Of a stretch of 64,000 nt of DNA, positions 1 through 11,626 are shown in pieces (position 1 is the first letter of the stretch; each line of letters opens with the position of its first letter). Source of the stretch: Camelus dromedarius (lineage: Eukaryota); contig NC_087446.1 of the NCBI RefSeq assembly GCF_036321535.1, forward strand, positions 2,976,001 through 3,040,000. The letters are read 5' to 3'. The notes beneath the pieces are model-generated. The model saw nothing but the letters and a program-made list of their open reading frames with translations. It searched no databases and was not told the origin of the DNA. A program made the translations under genes and the position numbers.

Positions 1-106
1 ACCAGCAGCAGAGACCCCATCTCCGCAGGGACCGTCCCTCCCTGAGTCCACTGCGCCTGGCAGCAGCAGCCTGGCTGTGACCTTCTCCATCTGCCCTTCC
101 CACCAG

Positions 107-368
107 GGATCTTGAAAAACAAAGTCACCTACCCGCCACCACTGACAGAGAAGACACTGAAGTCCCGGCTCCGGGAGAAGCTGGCCGAGTGTGAGCAGAG
201 CCCCGCATCCTCGAGGTCGTCCTCGCTGGGCTCCAGCGACGGGATCCGTGCCCCCGACGGCACCATCACCATCAAGACGCCATGCCGGGAGCCGGGGCGC
301 GAGCACCTCAACGGGGTGGCCATGAACGTGCGGGCTGGGAGCGCCCAGGCCCACGGCTCCGGCTCTGA
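107..368 (+). CDS. CELSR1: CELSR1 penultimate coding exon (cytoplasmic tail, GILKNKVTYPPPL...GSAQAHGSGSE)
   Basis: Pyrimidine tract plus cag acceptor at 104-106 and GA|GTGAGT donor at 369-374. The translation matches the recalled CELSR1 C-terminal tail (LREKLAECEQSP, HLNGVAMNVR). Confidence 0.96.
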
Positions 369-1181
369 GTGAGTAGCCTGGGCCTCAGCAGGAGGGGCAT
401 GGGGGCGGCACCCAGCCAGCCTCCCCTCTGTCCCCAGTCCAGAGGACAGGCACCCAGTCCAGAGGGGCTGTGGGCAGGGCCTGAGCACAGAGTGGGGCCC
501 AGGCAGGTGGCCCAGGGCTGCGGTGGGCTCCCACCCAGGAGAGGGCCTCTGCTTCGGGTCAGACTCCTGTCCCAGGGGCTAAATCAACCAGAGCCCTAAG
601 TCCGGTCCAGCCCTGAAATTCTGGGACTTAAGACCACATGGGACCAAGCATTTTATACCTATCGTTTCCTTGGCCCGTGGTCATTACTGCCCCAGGACTG
701 AGGCTCGGGTTGCCCCGCCAGAGACGTGGGGCTGGGATCCGGCTCCCGACACGCCTGCTGATCCCCACGGCTCCACCCTCTTACAGACAGACGTCCAGGG
801 GAGGCGCAAAGACTGGGAGCCAGGCCTCCTAGAACAGCCTTCCTAAAACGTAGAGGAGGAGTTTGGTTGCTCATCTTGATCCTCCGTGTCTCGTGGGGGA
901 CGTGCAGATGGGCCTGGCCCTCCAGGTGGCCCTGGTTGTCAGGGTACAGGCTCGACCCCTGCCCTGCCTGCCAGTGTGGCTGTGTCCACACGTGAGCTTG
1001 CCCTCCATGGAGCCTCCAGGCATCTCCTGTCCCCCGAGTTGGGGGCTCTGCCCTCTGCCCCTTGAGTGGGGGGGTCCTGCCCCTGCACGACCTTGGACCC
1101 AGCCCAGCTGCTGGCTGCACAGGTGGCAGGGGCTGCCCTCACTGACCCTCCGCCTGCCTGATGGCTTCTTCCCACGCACAG

Positions 1182-1206
1182 AGGCAGTAATGAAACTTCA
1201 ATCTGA
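1182..1206 (+). CDS. CELSR1: CELSR1 terminal exon, upstream acceptor: encodes (E)GSNETSI-stop
   Basis: cttcttcccacgcacag|A GGC AGT AAT GAA ACT TCA ATC TGA. Phase fits the GA left by the donor at 368. Confidence 0.85.
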
Positions 1207-1214
1207 ACCGTCAG

Positions 1215-1224
1215 GAAACCGTGA
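1215..1224 (+). CDS. CELSR1: CELSR1 terminal exon, downstream acceptor: encodes (E)KP-stop
   Basis: ccgtcag|G AAA CCG TGA gives the ...GSEKP end recalled for human CELSR1. Confidence 0.85.
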
Positions 1225-3260
1225 GACAAGCACGTCACCTCCACCCAGGCCTCTGTGCTGTCGTCAAGCCCTTGGACTTAGGAGCCTGAGGGGCCCCTGC
1301 CCTTTCAGTGAAGCAGGCTCTGGTGGCGTGGGCTCCCACCGTGGCAGCCTCATGACTGGCATGACTGAAGGTCCAGACGTGAAGCCCTGAGTGGCCCCAG
1401 GGCCCAGGGCCCACTAGGCCCCATGACAGGTGTCAAAGGCCATGGGAGGTGTGGACTCCCAAGCCAGCACAGCTCAATCCTCAGACTGCAGACAGAGCCA
1501 GAACTGCACGCTGTCCTCGCTGGGACAGGGCCCAGCACAAGAGCGGCCTTGAGAGGAAGCGCCAGGCCGGCTTGCCAGGACCCAGGGCCACGGGCACAGA
1601 CCGGAGACGGAGGTCCGCTGCCTGTGCAGGCACCTCACTGCATGCAGGCCCGGGGCCGGCAGCTCCACCTCTGCAAAGGCGGCCCTTGTCTGAAAGCAAA
1701 TCCCCTTCCTTTGTTGAAAAGCTGTAGATACTTCTGTGTATTTGTATGGAACTTTGAAAAGGGGAAAAGCTCTGTATATTTTGTGTTTGTACTGACTCTG
1801 CTGATCCTGGGAGATCCCTGGGCTGATCGCTCGCTATTTTTTATACGAGGAAGCTTGCACAGTTGGCCTTGAGTCTGGCCCGCATTAACGCAACTGGTGT
1901 CCAGCAGATGAGAGGCGGGAAATGCACGGGGCTGAGTGAGGTTGAAACTAAGTCGCTGGACAGAGGCTCCTGTGCCACTGAGCCAGGAGCCCGTGGGCAC
2001 CACGTGTGGCTGTCTGAAGCACAGCCCATTTGCTTCAGAGATGCTTGGCCTCTGCTCCCGTCTACCTGGCGGGTGTGCTCCGAGACAGGCGGTCTGGGAC
2101 CGGGCAGGACTCATGGAGCTCTGCTGCGGTCAGCGCAGGACGCAGGTGCATCCCAACACCCGCCCCCCCCCCCCCCAAGCGGGCCTCACTCTGGGCCCTG
2201 CAGGGCCGCCTGGCCCCCTTCCCGGTCGGTGGTACTGCAGGTGGGGAATTCCTTTGTGCCGCAGCTCCTGTTCGCGGTAGGGTTTTACAGTGTTCACACG
2301 TTCCCGATTCAGACAGAGGTATGAGGTCTTCCAGGATGTCACATTCCTTCCTGCCAATTTTCTAGCTCTTTGAGACTCTGGGGATCTCCAGGCAGGCAGG
2401 GGTCCCACCTCCAGAGTCTGACCAATTACTTCATTTTGCTTCAAATGGCCAATTGTGTGAAGGGACAAAGCCACAGCCACGCTGTTCAATGGTTACCAAG
2501 CTGTTTTTTGGAAACTCACACCAAGGACTGGCTGTGACCGTCCCTCTGTGGGCAGTTGGCACAGCGTGGCCTGAGGGGCTGTGGAGCGGGGCCCAGAGTT
2601 ATTCAGACACGTTTTAGTTTCAGTGTTTCTTTCGTTCTTCAGTCAGGCACCCAAATAAATGATCAGCACAGCTGCTTCCAAATATGAGAAACCGTAAGTC
2701 AGGATGGGAACCAAGCGACGTGCAAAGATTCCACACCGTGCTTTCTGATGCAGGTGTGCGTGCTGCCAGGGACTGAGGGCACTGCCTTGTGACGCTGGTC
2801 TAAGGCCACACGCTTCGCACACACGAAATGGGATCCCAGAGCCCTCGCACCTGAATGAATTATAAATGTGCCTTAGCAGGTGACCGGCCTTTTGAAGATA
2901 CAAAGTAATAGTGCCTTCCAGGGTTTACCGCTGAGGAGATGCTTTCTAAGTTGGAAGGTGGTCATCTCTTTGAGTCTTTGACCCTTCCACATTTGTATCA
3001 GCCTTTATTCTTTTGCAACTGGGTTTTGCCCCTTGAGGTGCATTTAGTTTTTTAATTTGATCAGACCTGTTACCAAAAAACAATTGTCATTTTTATTAAG
3101 ACAGGAAAAATGTAAACCTATTTTTGTGACTTGAGAGAGAGCTACTAGACACTGGAGGGTTTTTTTTTAACAAATGTGTATTTATTAATGTTCAGAACAC
3201 TGGAATCACAACACAAATGAGAAGAGAGTCTACAATAAATTAAGATTTTTGAATTTGTAC
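1225..3260 (+). other. CELSR1: CELSR1 3'UTR (about 2 kb; end approximate)
   Basis: Runs from the stop codon to the AATAAA at 3234-3239, contains U-rich blocks, and no repeats were recognised within it. Confidence 0.7.
3234..3239 (+). terminator. CELSR1: CELSR1 polyadenylation signal AATAAA
   Basis: Canonical hexamer with a U-rich upstream region and a downstream U/GU-rich tract (gatttttgaatttgtac). Confidence 0.75.
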
Positions 3261-3483
3261 TAAGGCTGTGCTGATTCTCTAGCCCCCCCCCCCAAAGCAG
3301 CCGTGGGAAAGGGACCGTGCACAGGATGCCGGCGACCAGCCTGGGGGAACTGGGATCATTCTGGAACTTTCTGTTCTTTCTCCCTCGGACCTGCAACAGT
3401 CGGGGTGAGCAGGCCCTATCGGGGTTTTCTGAAACCTTGAAGTTTACTTCTTTCACCCAGTTTGGGGAATTTGTAGCCAGCAT

Positions 3484-4140
3484 TTAATTCTTTTTTCCTG
3501 CACCGATGTCTCTTCCCTGTCCTCCTGAGGCTCCAGGGACACGAATGTTAGCCCTTTTGAGATTGTTCTGGTTCCCGAGGCTTTGTTCATCTGTTTCCAT
3601 TCTTCTCTCTGTTCCTCAGATTTGACCATTTCCGGTGATCAGTTTTCAAGTTCACTGATTCTTTCCTCAATTTTCTCTATCCGGTATTAAGCCCCATCCA
3701 GTGATTTTTTTTTTTTCCTAACTTCAAATACTGTAAGTTCTAAAATTTCCATTTGGTTCCTTTATATCATTTTTATTTCTCTGCTGAAGACTTCTAGTTT
3801 TCCATGAATTTCAAGTGTTTACCTCACAGAACATGACTATAACAGCTGCTTTAAATTCTTTGATAATTTGGACATCTGGGTCATCTTGGGGCTGAATCTG
3901 TTTTCTTTTCTCTCGGCATTTTCCTGGTTCTTTGAATGCTGACTGATTTCAAGGATCAAACTGAATCCTCGATGGATGTTTTGGATGTTACGCTGGGAGA
4001 CTCTGGGGCCTGCTGAGAGCCCCAGCAGGTGTTGCTTCTTGCCTGTTTTTATCAGGCGGTCAGCCCAGTTACATTCAGACCACAAGCTCTGTCTCACCTT
4101 CTGTGAGCCATGACTTTGCTGTGCTGCCCTGGTTCCACCC
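3484..4140 (-). mobile_element. Old L1 (L1M-type) ORF1-region fragment
   Basis: T-rich + strand with characteristic antisense L1M ORF1 wording (ttttcaagttcactgattctttcctc, ctaaaatttccatttggttcttt-like). Recognised by recall; ends approximate. Confidence 0.6.
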
Positions 4141-7100
4141 TGCAGACCTGCTGCTCGGCGAGTCTGGGACTCGGGGCACTTTATGTCATAGCCCTGCTCA
4201 CAGAGCCTCTGATGTGCTGTTTGGGGTCTGTTCCGTACACCCACGATGCGGGCGAGTGGCACTGGCAGCTCACGTGGAAGCTGGGGTCCACCTCGCCGCT
4301 GTCTCCCCCCTGGGATTTGCCTTCAACACTCCAACTTCTGGGGCCCCTTTTCTTGGCTCCTCTGTCCAGGAAGACAGGTTTCTCCCAGAGTTCTAGCCAC
4401 CTGCACCACCTCACACTTCCACCCAACTGGGACACCTTTGGGGAAAATTAAGGGAGCAAAAACAGTGGTGGTCCCCACACTGTTCAGCCCCCAGGGCCCC
4501 TCCTTTCAGGCCTCTTGGAGCCCTTGCCCCAGTGTGGCCACACAGCTCCAGAGATGGGGCCAGCCTTGGGTCAAGTCTAGGAAGGAAAAAAAAAAACCAC
4601 CCACAAACACCCCACCCCCAAAGGCCATTCTTCAGGTTTTGCTTCCAACGCAGTCCACCTGCTAGCGGTCACCGCGCACAGCGCTCAGGCGTGGCCGTGA
4701 GCAAATACGTCTCCCTCGACCCAGAAGCAGCGCTTAACGGGAAAGCCCTGGGGAAGGAGCGCAGCCCCCGGCGGAGGGGAGCAGGCGCACCTGTCCGGCC
4801 TGGCGGTCCTCCCGGGGACACAGGTAATTGCACTCAACACCAACCTCGGACACGGCCGCTCTGGGACCTCCCAGGATTAAGACAAAAACACAGGTGTGAA
4901 CACGGAATGTCTAAACATCGTCCAGGCCACAAAAATATCCAAACTGCCCCCAACCCCGCTGCAGGTGTAACGGCTCCTTCACATCACAGCTGCAGCCTCG
5001 CTCCGGGCCCCCTCCCTCTAGACGAGGTTTGCTAAGACACCCGAGAGGGTGGGGGGATCGGGGGGGTGCGGAGGGTGGGGAAGGCTTCCTGGGACTTGGA
5101 CATAAGGCAGCTGGAGCCCAAGGGGACAGAAGACAAGCCCCAGGGGGTTGACACCGACTCAGGGCCTCGGGCTAGAGCCTTCTGGGTGTGAAGGCGAGCA
5201 GCTCTGGGCTCTCACTGCAACGCTCTGGAAACGATGTGGGCAGAGGGGGCAGCGCGTGGTTCACACCAAGAGCCGGGAGGAGGTGTGTGAAGGCACCCAG
5301 CCCTGGGCCCTTCCCTCACGGGTGTAGGGTGACGGGGGCCTGGAAGCCAGGTGCCCGTCGGGGCAGGAGCGGGGAAGCACATCCATGTCTCGGCCCGAGC
5401 GGGTCTTCTGAAGGTCCCCTGGAGGGTACTGCCCTGGAGTCTGCTGGCCCCAGGTGCTTGGGCTGGGCTGGGAGTGGGGAGAGGCCAGAGTCCCAGCCAA
5501 CGAACTCAGCTCAAAGGCACCCCCTGGCCAACAGCTGCAGCTAAATCTGAGGCATTGCCCAGAGGCTTTCCAGTGCCACCCAGTGGCACGGGAGGCGGCT
5601 GTGCCCCAGAGAGACTATAGCACTGCCAGGCAGGAGGATGCCGAGGGCGCCAGCCACGGGTGAGGCCTGGTGCCCCGAGGGGCAGCAGCAGCTTTGTGCC
5701 CCCTCCTCCCACTTGCATCCACTGGTCATCCTGGCTGGAGGCCTGGCAATGGGCTGGCAGGACAGACAGAGCCGTCCAGAGGCTAGAAGGGTGGGCTCCC
5801 CTCCGCTGGCCCCTGCCCAAGCTGACCTCCCCCTGGCCGCCCTTCCTCCCACCGCAGAGGCTCCCCCACGGGTCCACAGTTCAGACCTTGTACCAGGCGA
5901 GGGGCCCAGCCACCAGAGCAATAGATCAAGGGAACCTGAGCCCAGGGAGGCTCCGCGCTGCCCTTCGAGAAGGCAGAACAAAGGCAGTGTCTCATCCTGG
6001 CCGCCACGCTGGGCAGAGGGTCCCCAAGGGGCACTGCTGGCCTGTCTGGCTCCCCCAGCCCAGCACAACGTGGAGAGCAGGTGCCAGGCTGCCGTCTGCC
6101 TCCGGCCGTGCAGAGCAGGGCCTCCCTCGTCCAGCCTGGCGGGAGCATGCACCTGCGCTGGGGCAGCCGCCCAGCCCAAGCCCTCTACCTCGCCGGGACT
6201 ACTTCTGCATCTGGATCACAGGAACCGTCTCAGAGGCCACGTGGCAGGGTGGGCCGCTTGGGCCCACTCCCCAAGCTGGGGAGGCGCTCTGCTGGGTGGG
6301 GCCTCAGGTGGGAGTGAGCCGAGGGCGAGGGCCTGGGAAGCGGGAGGAGAGGGACACGAGGGGCTCAGCTCTTCAGACTGGGGCTTCCTCCAGTCACGGG
6401 GGCGTGGGGGGAAGACGCTCTGCTCTGGGTGCCGGCCCTCACTCCCCACCAGCTGTGCGTTTCTCACTGCTCGGTTGTCGCAGGCCCCGGGCCACATGGG
6501 GGCTCTTGGTGCAGGTCGGGCCGGGACCCTCAGTCCCTCCTGAGATGCGTCCTCCTCCTCATGCGGTCTGCCCACTTGGCAGGGCAGGGTCCATGTCCTG
6601 TGCCCCTGACCCCTCACAGGCCCCACTGCAGAGTGGGCATCTACGTGCTGCTCTAGGACTGGACACCACTGAGCTGGGGCCGCTTCCGTCCAGCACTGGG
6701 TGGGGGTGTGCAGTGGGGGCTGGCGCAGCTCTGGAAGCTCCCCCACACCACAGCTTGTCACCCCAACGCAGGGTCCCACTAAGCCGGCTATGGGGCCCAG
6801 CCTGATCCAAACTCGCTGAAGAACCAAGGGCATCTGGACCCCCTCCCACTCTGGACAACACCCCGCTTTGCAGACCAGGGTGAGCAGAGACACCCAGCCA
6901 ACAGCGTCAGGACAAAGGGCTTAGTGTCCATTCCCTGACCCACTTTGTCTGACTTTCCAAGTGCAGCATGTCCCTGCTGTCACCTGGTTCAACCCTCCAC
7001 AGCCCACCTGGGCCCCCCATCCCCTCCATCTGAACCTCACACAGGCCTGAGTGATCTTCCGCTCAACCACGTCAGCCACTCCCCAGGCCTCCCCTCCTGT

Positions 7101-7847
7101 TCAGAAGGGAACCCAGTCCTCACTGCGGCTCCCAGGCCCTGCACACTGGAGGTGAGGTGCCCGTCACCCACTTTGGGCTCCTTGTGTGACCGGCCTGGGG
7201 GGGTTCTGACTTGGGGTGCCTCAACCCAGAGCTGGCCCTGCAGCTCAGCCCCCAGCACCAGGGGCTCCTGAGCCTCGGAGGGCAGGGAGGCACACAGCTC
7301 TGCATGCCCCCCCGCCCTTGGAAGAGTCTCTCCCAAGGAGCTCCCCCATCAGAGGCTCTGCTGCCTCTGCTCTAGAACCTTCTACACAGGAGACAGGGAA
7401 CCACACCTCAAACCCCCACAGAAGCCTGGCTTATAGAACCAAGAAGGTGCTGGGTCTAAGGCCAGTGAAAGGAAGGGAGCCTGAGGTTCACCTGTCCTGG
7501 CGCCCAGAGCAGGCGGCTGGGCCCAGGGGCTGGGGAGTTGTGGCAGTGGGGCATGAAGACTCGGGCCCTCCTAGGAAAGGCCAGTTTCCTGCCTGAGCTG
7601 GGTGATAGCTCCTCCCGCAGCACAGAGCCCACGAGGGGCAGGCAGAGCTGAGCGTCTCCAAACATCCCGCCTCCCAGTCCAGCCAGCCTTTCAACCGCTG
7701 ACAGGAGGACAGCGGTCACCCCGGGACTCCGTGGAGACCAAAATACCCCAGCCAACGCCAGCTCTGAAGGTCTGTCTGCATTCTCATCAGCCAGGCAGAG
7801 CCACCCTCTCCCCACAAGACACAGCTGTGCACACACGCACGTGCACT

Positions 7848-8178
7848 GAACGGTCCGAGTGTTTGTGTCCCGAGATGCACAGGTTAGAATCCTGCTGTCT
7901 GCCGTCACGGCGCTAGGGGGTGGGGCCTTTGGGAGGCGGAGCCCTCATGGGGGGGACTGGCGTGCTTACAAGCCTTCCCAGAAGGTCCTCACCCCTTCCA
8001 CCATGTGAAGACACAGTGAGAAGACGGCCATCGGTGACCCGTAAGAGGACCCTTATCCAACTGAGCTGGCACCCTGATCTCAGACGCCAGCCTCCACAAC
8101 TGTGAGAAACGAACGCCTGCTGTCTCTAAGCCACCCAGTCCGCGGAATTTTGTCACAGCAGCCCAAACAGACTCAGAC
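7848..8178 (+). mobile_element. MLT1 (ERVL-MaLR) solo LTR
   Basis: Diagnostic MLT1 motifs: tgtttgtgtccc start, ccatgtgaagacacagtgagaagacggcc, gcctccacaactgtgagaaa, taagccacccagt, cagcagcccaaacagactcagaca end. Confidence 0.8.
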
Positions 8179-8614
8179 ACGTGCACGTGCTCCAGTCAGT
8201 TTCCCACCTCTGATCCCTCCGTGGGCGAAGGCCCCTGCGGTCCTGCAGCTTTCAAGTGGCTGGCCAGGTGCTGGGCACTCTGCAGGGGAGGGGTGGTCTC
8301 GACGCAGCCATGCAGACGGGGGGGGGGGCGCCCCTCAGGGTGGGCTCCAGATCCCCTCCCCAGCAGACAGACTGAGTGTGACCTTGTAGGCTGGGCCTCG
8401 GCTCAAGGCCCGTCAGGTCCGTCCTGTGCCACAGGTGGTGGGCACAGCTGTGAACGGAGGGGCGAGGAGGGTGAGGGTTCCATCGCTGTCTCGTGCTGTT
8501 GACGTGTGGGTCCGCACGGTCGGGCAGGCCAGCGCCGTGCAGCCCCTGAGACCACGTGCCCGGGCCTCTACCCCACTGGAGGCCGCCGTCAGAGTTCACA
8601 TTCCAGACAGAACT

Positions 8615-8620
8615 TTTATT
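8615..8620 (-). terminator. TRMU: TRMU polyadenylation signal AATAAA
   Basis: tttatt on + strand about 300 nt past the TRMU stop codon; the first canonical hexamer I found downstream. Confidence 0.7.
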
Positions 8621-8912
8621 GGATGCCGTCCCTGCAGCCCACACAACCCCGCCCCTGGTCCGCTTTGCGTGATCCTGGTGGGAAACACTCTTGGGGGTGT
8701 GAAAGAGGAACTCTCTAAATGGGGTGCCTGGGACAGACCCACCAGCCAGCAAGGGGAGGAGACGGACCGCCCCTGCCCTGGAGGCCTTCAGAACCTTGTC
8801 TGGCCTGGCCGGGACCGGGGCGGCAGGTTCTGGCAGCAGCAGCCAAGCCCCAGGCCCTGCCCCCAACACGTCCTCTTGCGAGCTCTGCAGCAGAGCAGCC
8901 GCTCAGCCTCCA

Positions 8913-9077
8913 TCAGCGTGTGGGACCCAGGCCTGGGCTATCGCTGTGGCCGTCGCCAGAGCCCTCCGTGGCCACTCCGGCTCTGCTCCTGCCCTTCTGC
9001 AGTGTGTAGGCGGACGGCCCCAGGCGCAGGATTTTCCCACTGCCCAGGCACTCGTCCCCTTTGTAGAACACGGCAAA
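8913..9077 (-). CDS. TRMU: TRMU exon 11 ([29 protein letters not shown]...GPTR-stop)
   Basis: cag acceptor at 9080-9078 and TGA at 8915-8913; 165 nt. Confidence 0.96.
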   Translation of the reverse strand, partial: FAVFYKGDECLGSGKILRLGPSAYTLQKGRSRAGVATEGSGDGHSDSPGLGPTR

Positions 9078-9571
9078 CTGGAAAGGAGAGGGGCTGTGTC
9101 ACTTGTAGGTGGACCCGGCATCCGGGGGCCTGCAGAGCAGCAAGGAGCCCGACCTGCGGCTGCTGGTCTAGGGTGGAGGTGGGAAGCAATGCTCTGCCTG
9201 TCCCTGTTCTGTCCTTGTCCTCAGGGCCCAGCCCACAGGCAGCCGGGCCCTCCCAGTGGCTGCACAAGTACAGCCTCATGGCCACAGCAGTCGGGAGAGA
9301 AGGGGCACCGACACAGAGCTGGCCGCAGTTCCCCCCATCACTGGCTGTGTGACCTGAGCCCCCGCACCCCGCCTGCCCCCGGGCCCCTCGATGCAGACCA
9401 TGTGCTCTGGGGGGAAGGAAGTGCGATGCTGTCTTTCCACAGCAAAGCCAGACCCCACGCACAGGCTGAGAAAGAGCTAAGAAGAGCCGGGGTCCAGGTC
9501 ACACGCAGACTCAGGCTCGGGGTGGCATCCCGGACCCTCTGGAGCACAGCGCAGAGCCGGCGCCCCCTCAC

Positions 9572-9654
9572 CTGTCCCAGGGTGAGACCCCGCACAGCCT
9601 TCACAGCCGTCACCCACACGGTGCCATCTTGATTGAGGGTCAGCACACAGGGCA
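9572..9654 (-). CDS. TRMU: TRMU exon 10 ([27 protein letters not shown])
   Basis: cag/GTGAG boundaries, 83 nt, phases 1 to 0. Confidence 0.97.
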
Positions 9655-10019
9655 CTGGGTGAAGAGAAGGACCCTTGGAGGAGGGCACGGGCCTTGCCAA
9701 GTGTGCTCAGCCCCAGGCCTCGGGCTCCTGGGAGGAAGGAGCAGGGAACTACGGAAACTCAGGGCCAGTCAGAGGGGCCCAGTGCCGCCTGCTGGGCCTA
9801 CAGGCAGCACACACTACAGCCTGGACCCTCACCCCAGCACCCTCTTCCCAAGACCCTCCCTGCATCACAGACAGAGGAGGCTGAGCTGGCCTCAGCACCT
9901 CCCAGGGCTGGCTCCCGAGCAGGCAGAGGAAAGGAGGTTCGGGTTTGTCCTATGGTCTGGACGGGGACCTTGCCCGGGTCTAACCGCCTCCCCTACACCT
10001 GGCCGGGACGCCCTGCTCA

Positions 10020-10208
<189 letters not shown>

Positions 10209-11525
10209 TCAGCAGAGGGTCCCCCACCCCAAAGCCCCCTCACTGCACTTCATTACTAAGGACTGTAACAGCCGGCACTCACTAATGAAAGCTGCACTGA
10301 CACGTGGACACGCACGTGCTTATCCCACGGCCTGCACCCCAACTTTGCAAATGAGACTAAGGCACAAGAGGGAAAGTCACTGATCACGGTCGCACTCAGC
10401 AAGCAGCAGAGGAGTACGTGATCCGGCCCATGACCTCACCCCTCCTCCAAGTTCAAGTCACCCCGCCCAGCACCAGGGGCACACGGGCCAGCCACGCCTC
10501 CACAGGGATGCCACGCAAGACCACTGCGGGGACCCCACGGAGCCCCAAGTGTCTGGGGAAAGGGCCACTGGAGGAAAGGGCCGGTGCCAGCTCTCCGGGG
10601 CCTCCTCGGACCCAGTGCCTCCATGAGGCAGGCCCTGTGGGTTCTAGCGGACAGGGAGCCCCACAGGGACAGCTGTCAGGGGCGACCTTCCTGTTTTCCC
10701 CTCAAAGCAGAAGAGACCGCTCTGCTCTACACCACAGTCACTGCGGCTCACGCCTGACCCGAATCGCCATCCAGGCTTTCACACCCACGGCTCTTCTGGG
10801 AAGGAGACGTCCCAGAACCAGCAGGTGCGCTCCGGCCCTTCCGCCCATGTCTAAGAAAAGGTCCCTGGCTCTGGGACCGAGCACGCTGAGCCGGGCTCTC
10901 TGCATCATTCAGGTCTGGGCTGGATCGTTCTGTCATGGGATGGGGGCTCCCTGGTCTCCACCCACTAGGTACCAGTGCCCCCTGTCCCCCCCACCCGCCC
11001 CCCTGCTGTGACACTAACAATGTCCCAGACGTTGCTAGAGGTCCCTAGGGGAGCAAAGTGGGGAAGCCCGCCCCGTCTGTGAAGTCCTGCTCTAGAGCGT
11101 GGGGACAGTCCCAGCAGCTCAGGGCCCCACTGCAGCAGACATCTTGCGTTGGCCCTGGCTCTGCCACCCCCACCCCCTGCTCAATGGTGACTTGCTGGAG
11201 CCTACTCTACGCACACTCTGTCCAAGGCACTGAAGCGTCCTCCACGCCACTGGACCTTAATCCTTGGGTCTTGACCTCTTGTAAAACCAACTTACTAGGA
11301 ACTAGCGTGATGACTGACTGTGTGAGCAGCACACAGGGAGCCTAATAAGCCCCTTAAACAAACTCCTCCCGGCACCGAAGCACCAGGCCGACCCCGGGAG
11401 GGCGCAGGGGAAAGGCGAGGATGCCGCACCGTCACTGCTGCTCTGTGGTCCCTCCGGCCACCTGCCTGGTCTCAGCACCGAGAACCAGACCTCCCCCATC
11501 CGTCTACATGGCCAGCCTGACTCAC

Positions 11526-11626
11526 CACCAGCACATCACCCTTGGTGCCGTCCTTCTCCACCACGTACCAGGGCTCGCGTAAGCCCCCTATCTTGGCTCT
11601 CTGGCCCAAAGTGTACAGGAACCAAC
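11526..11626 (-). CDS. TRMU: TRMU exon 8 ([33 protein letters not shown])
   Basis: tag/GTGAG boundaries, 101 nt; contains the MnmA-family TLGQR motif. Confidence 0.97.

Noticed and set aside
4651-4669. CTCF-like sequence cagtccacctgctagcggt
   Set aside because: Mismatches at two high-information core positions.
5541-6893. Long overlapping ORFs (381 aa at 5660-6805, 301 aa at 5638-6543, 212 and 225 aa on the - strand) in the CELSR1-TRMU gap
   Set aside because: Several frames on both strands are open at once, with Pro/Gly/Ala/Arg-rich low-complexity translations and no recognisable domain. This is expected from stop-codon scarcity in very GC-rich DNA.
8426-9632. 308-aa and 302-aa + strand ORFs antisense to the last TRMU exons
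   Set aside because: GC-rich shadow ORFs with no homology I recognise and no promoter or splice support.
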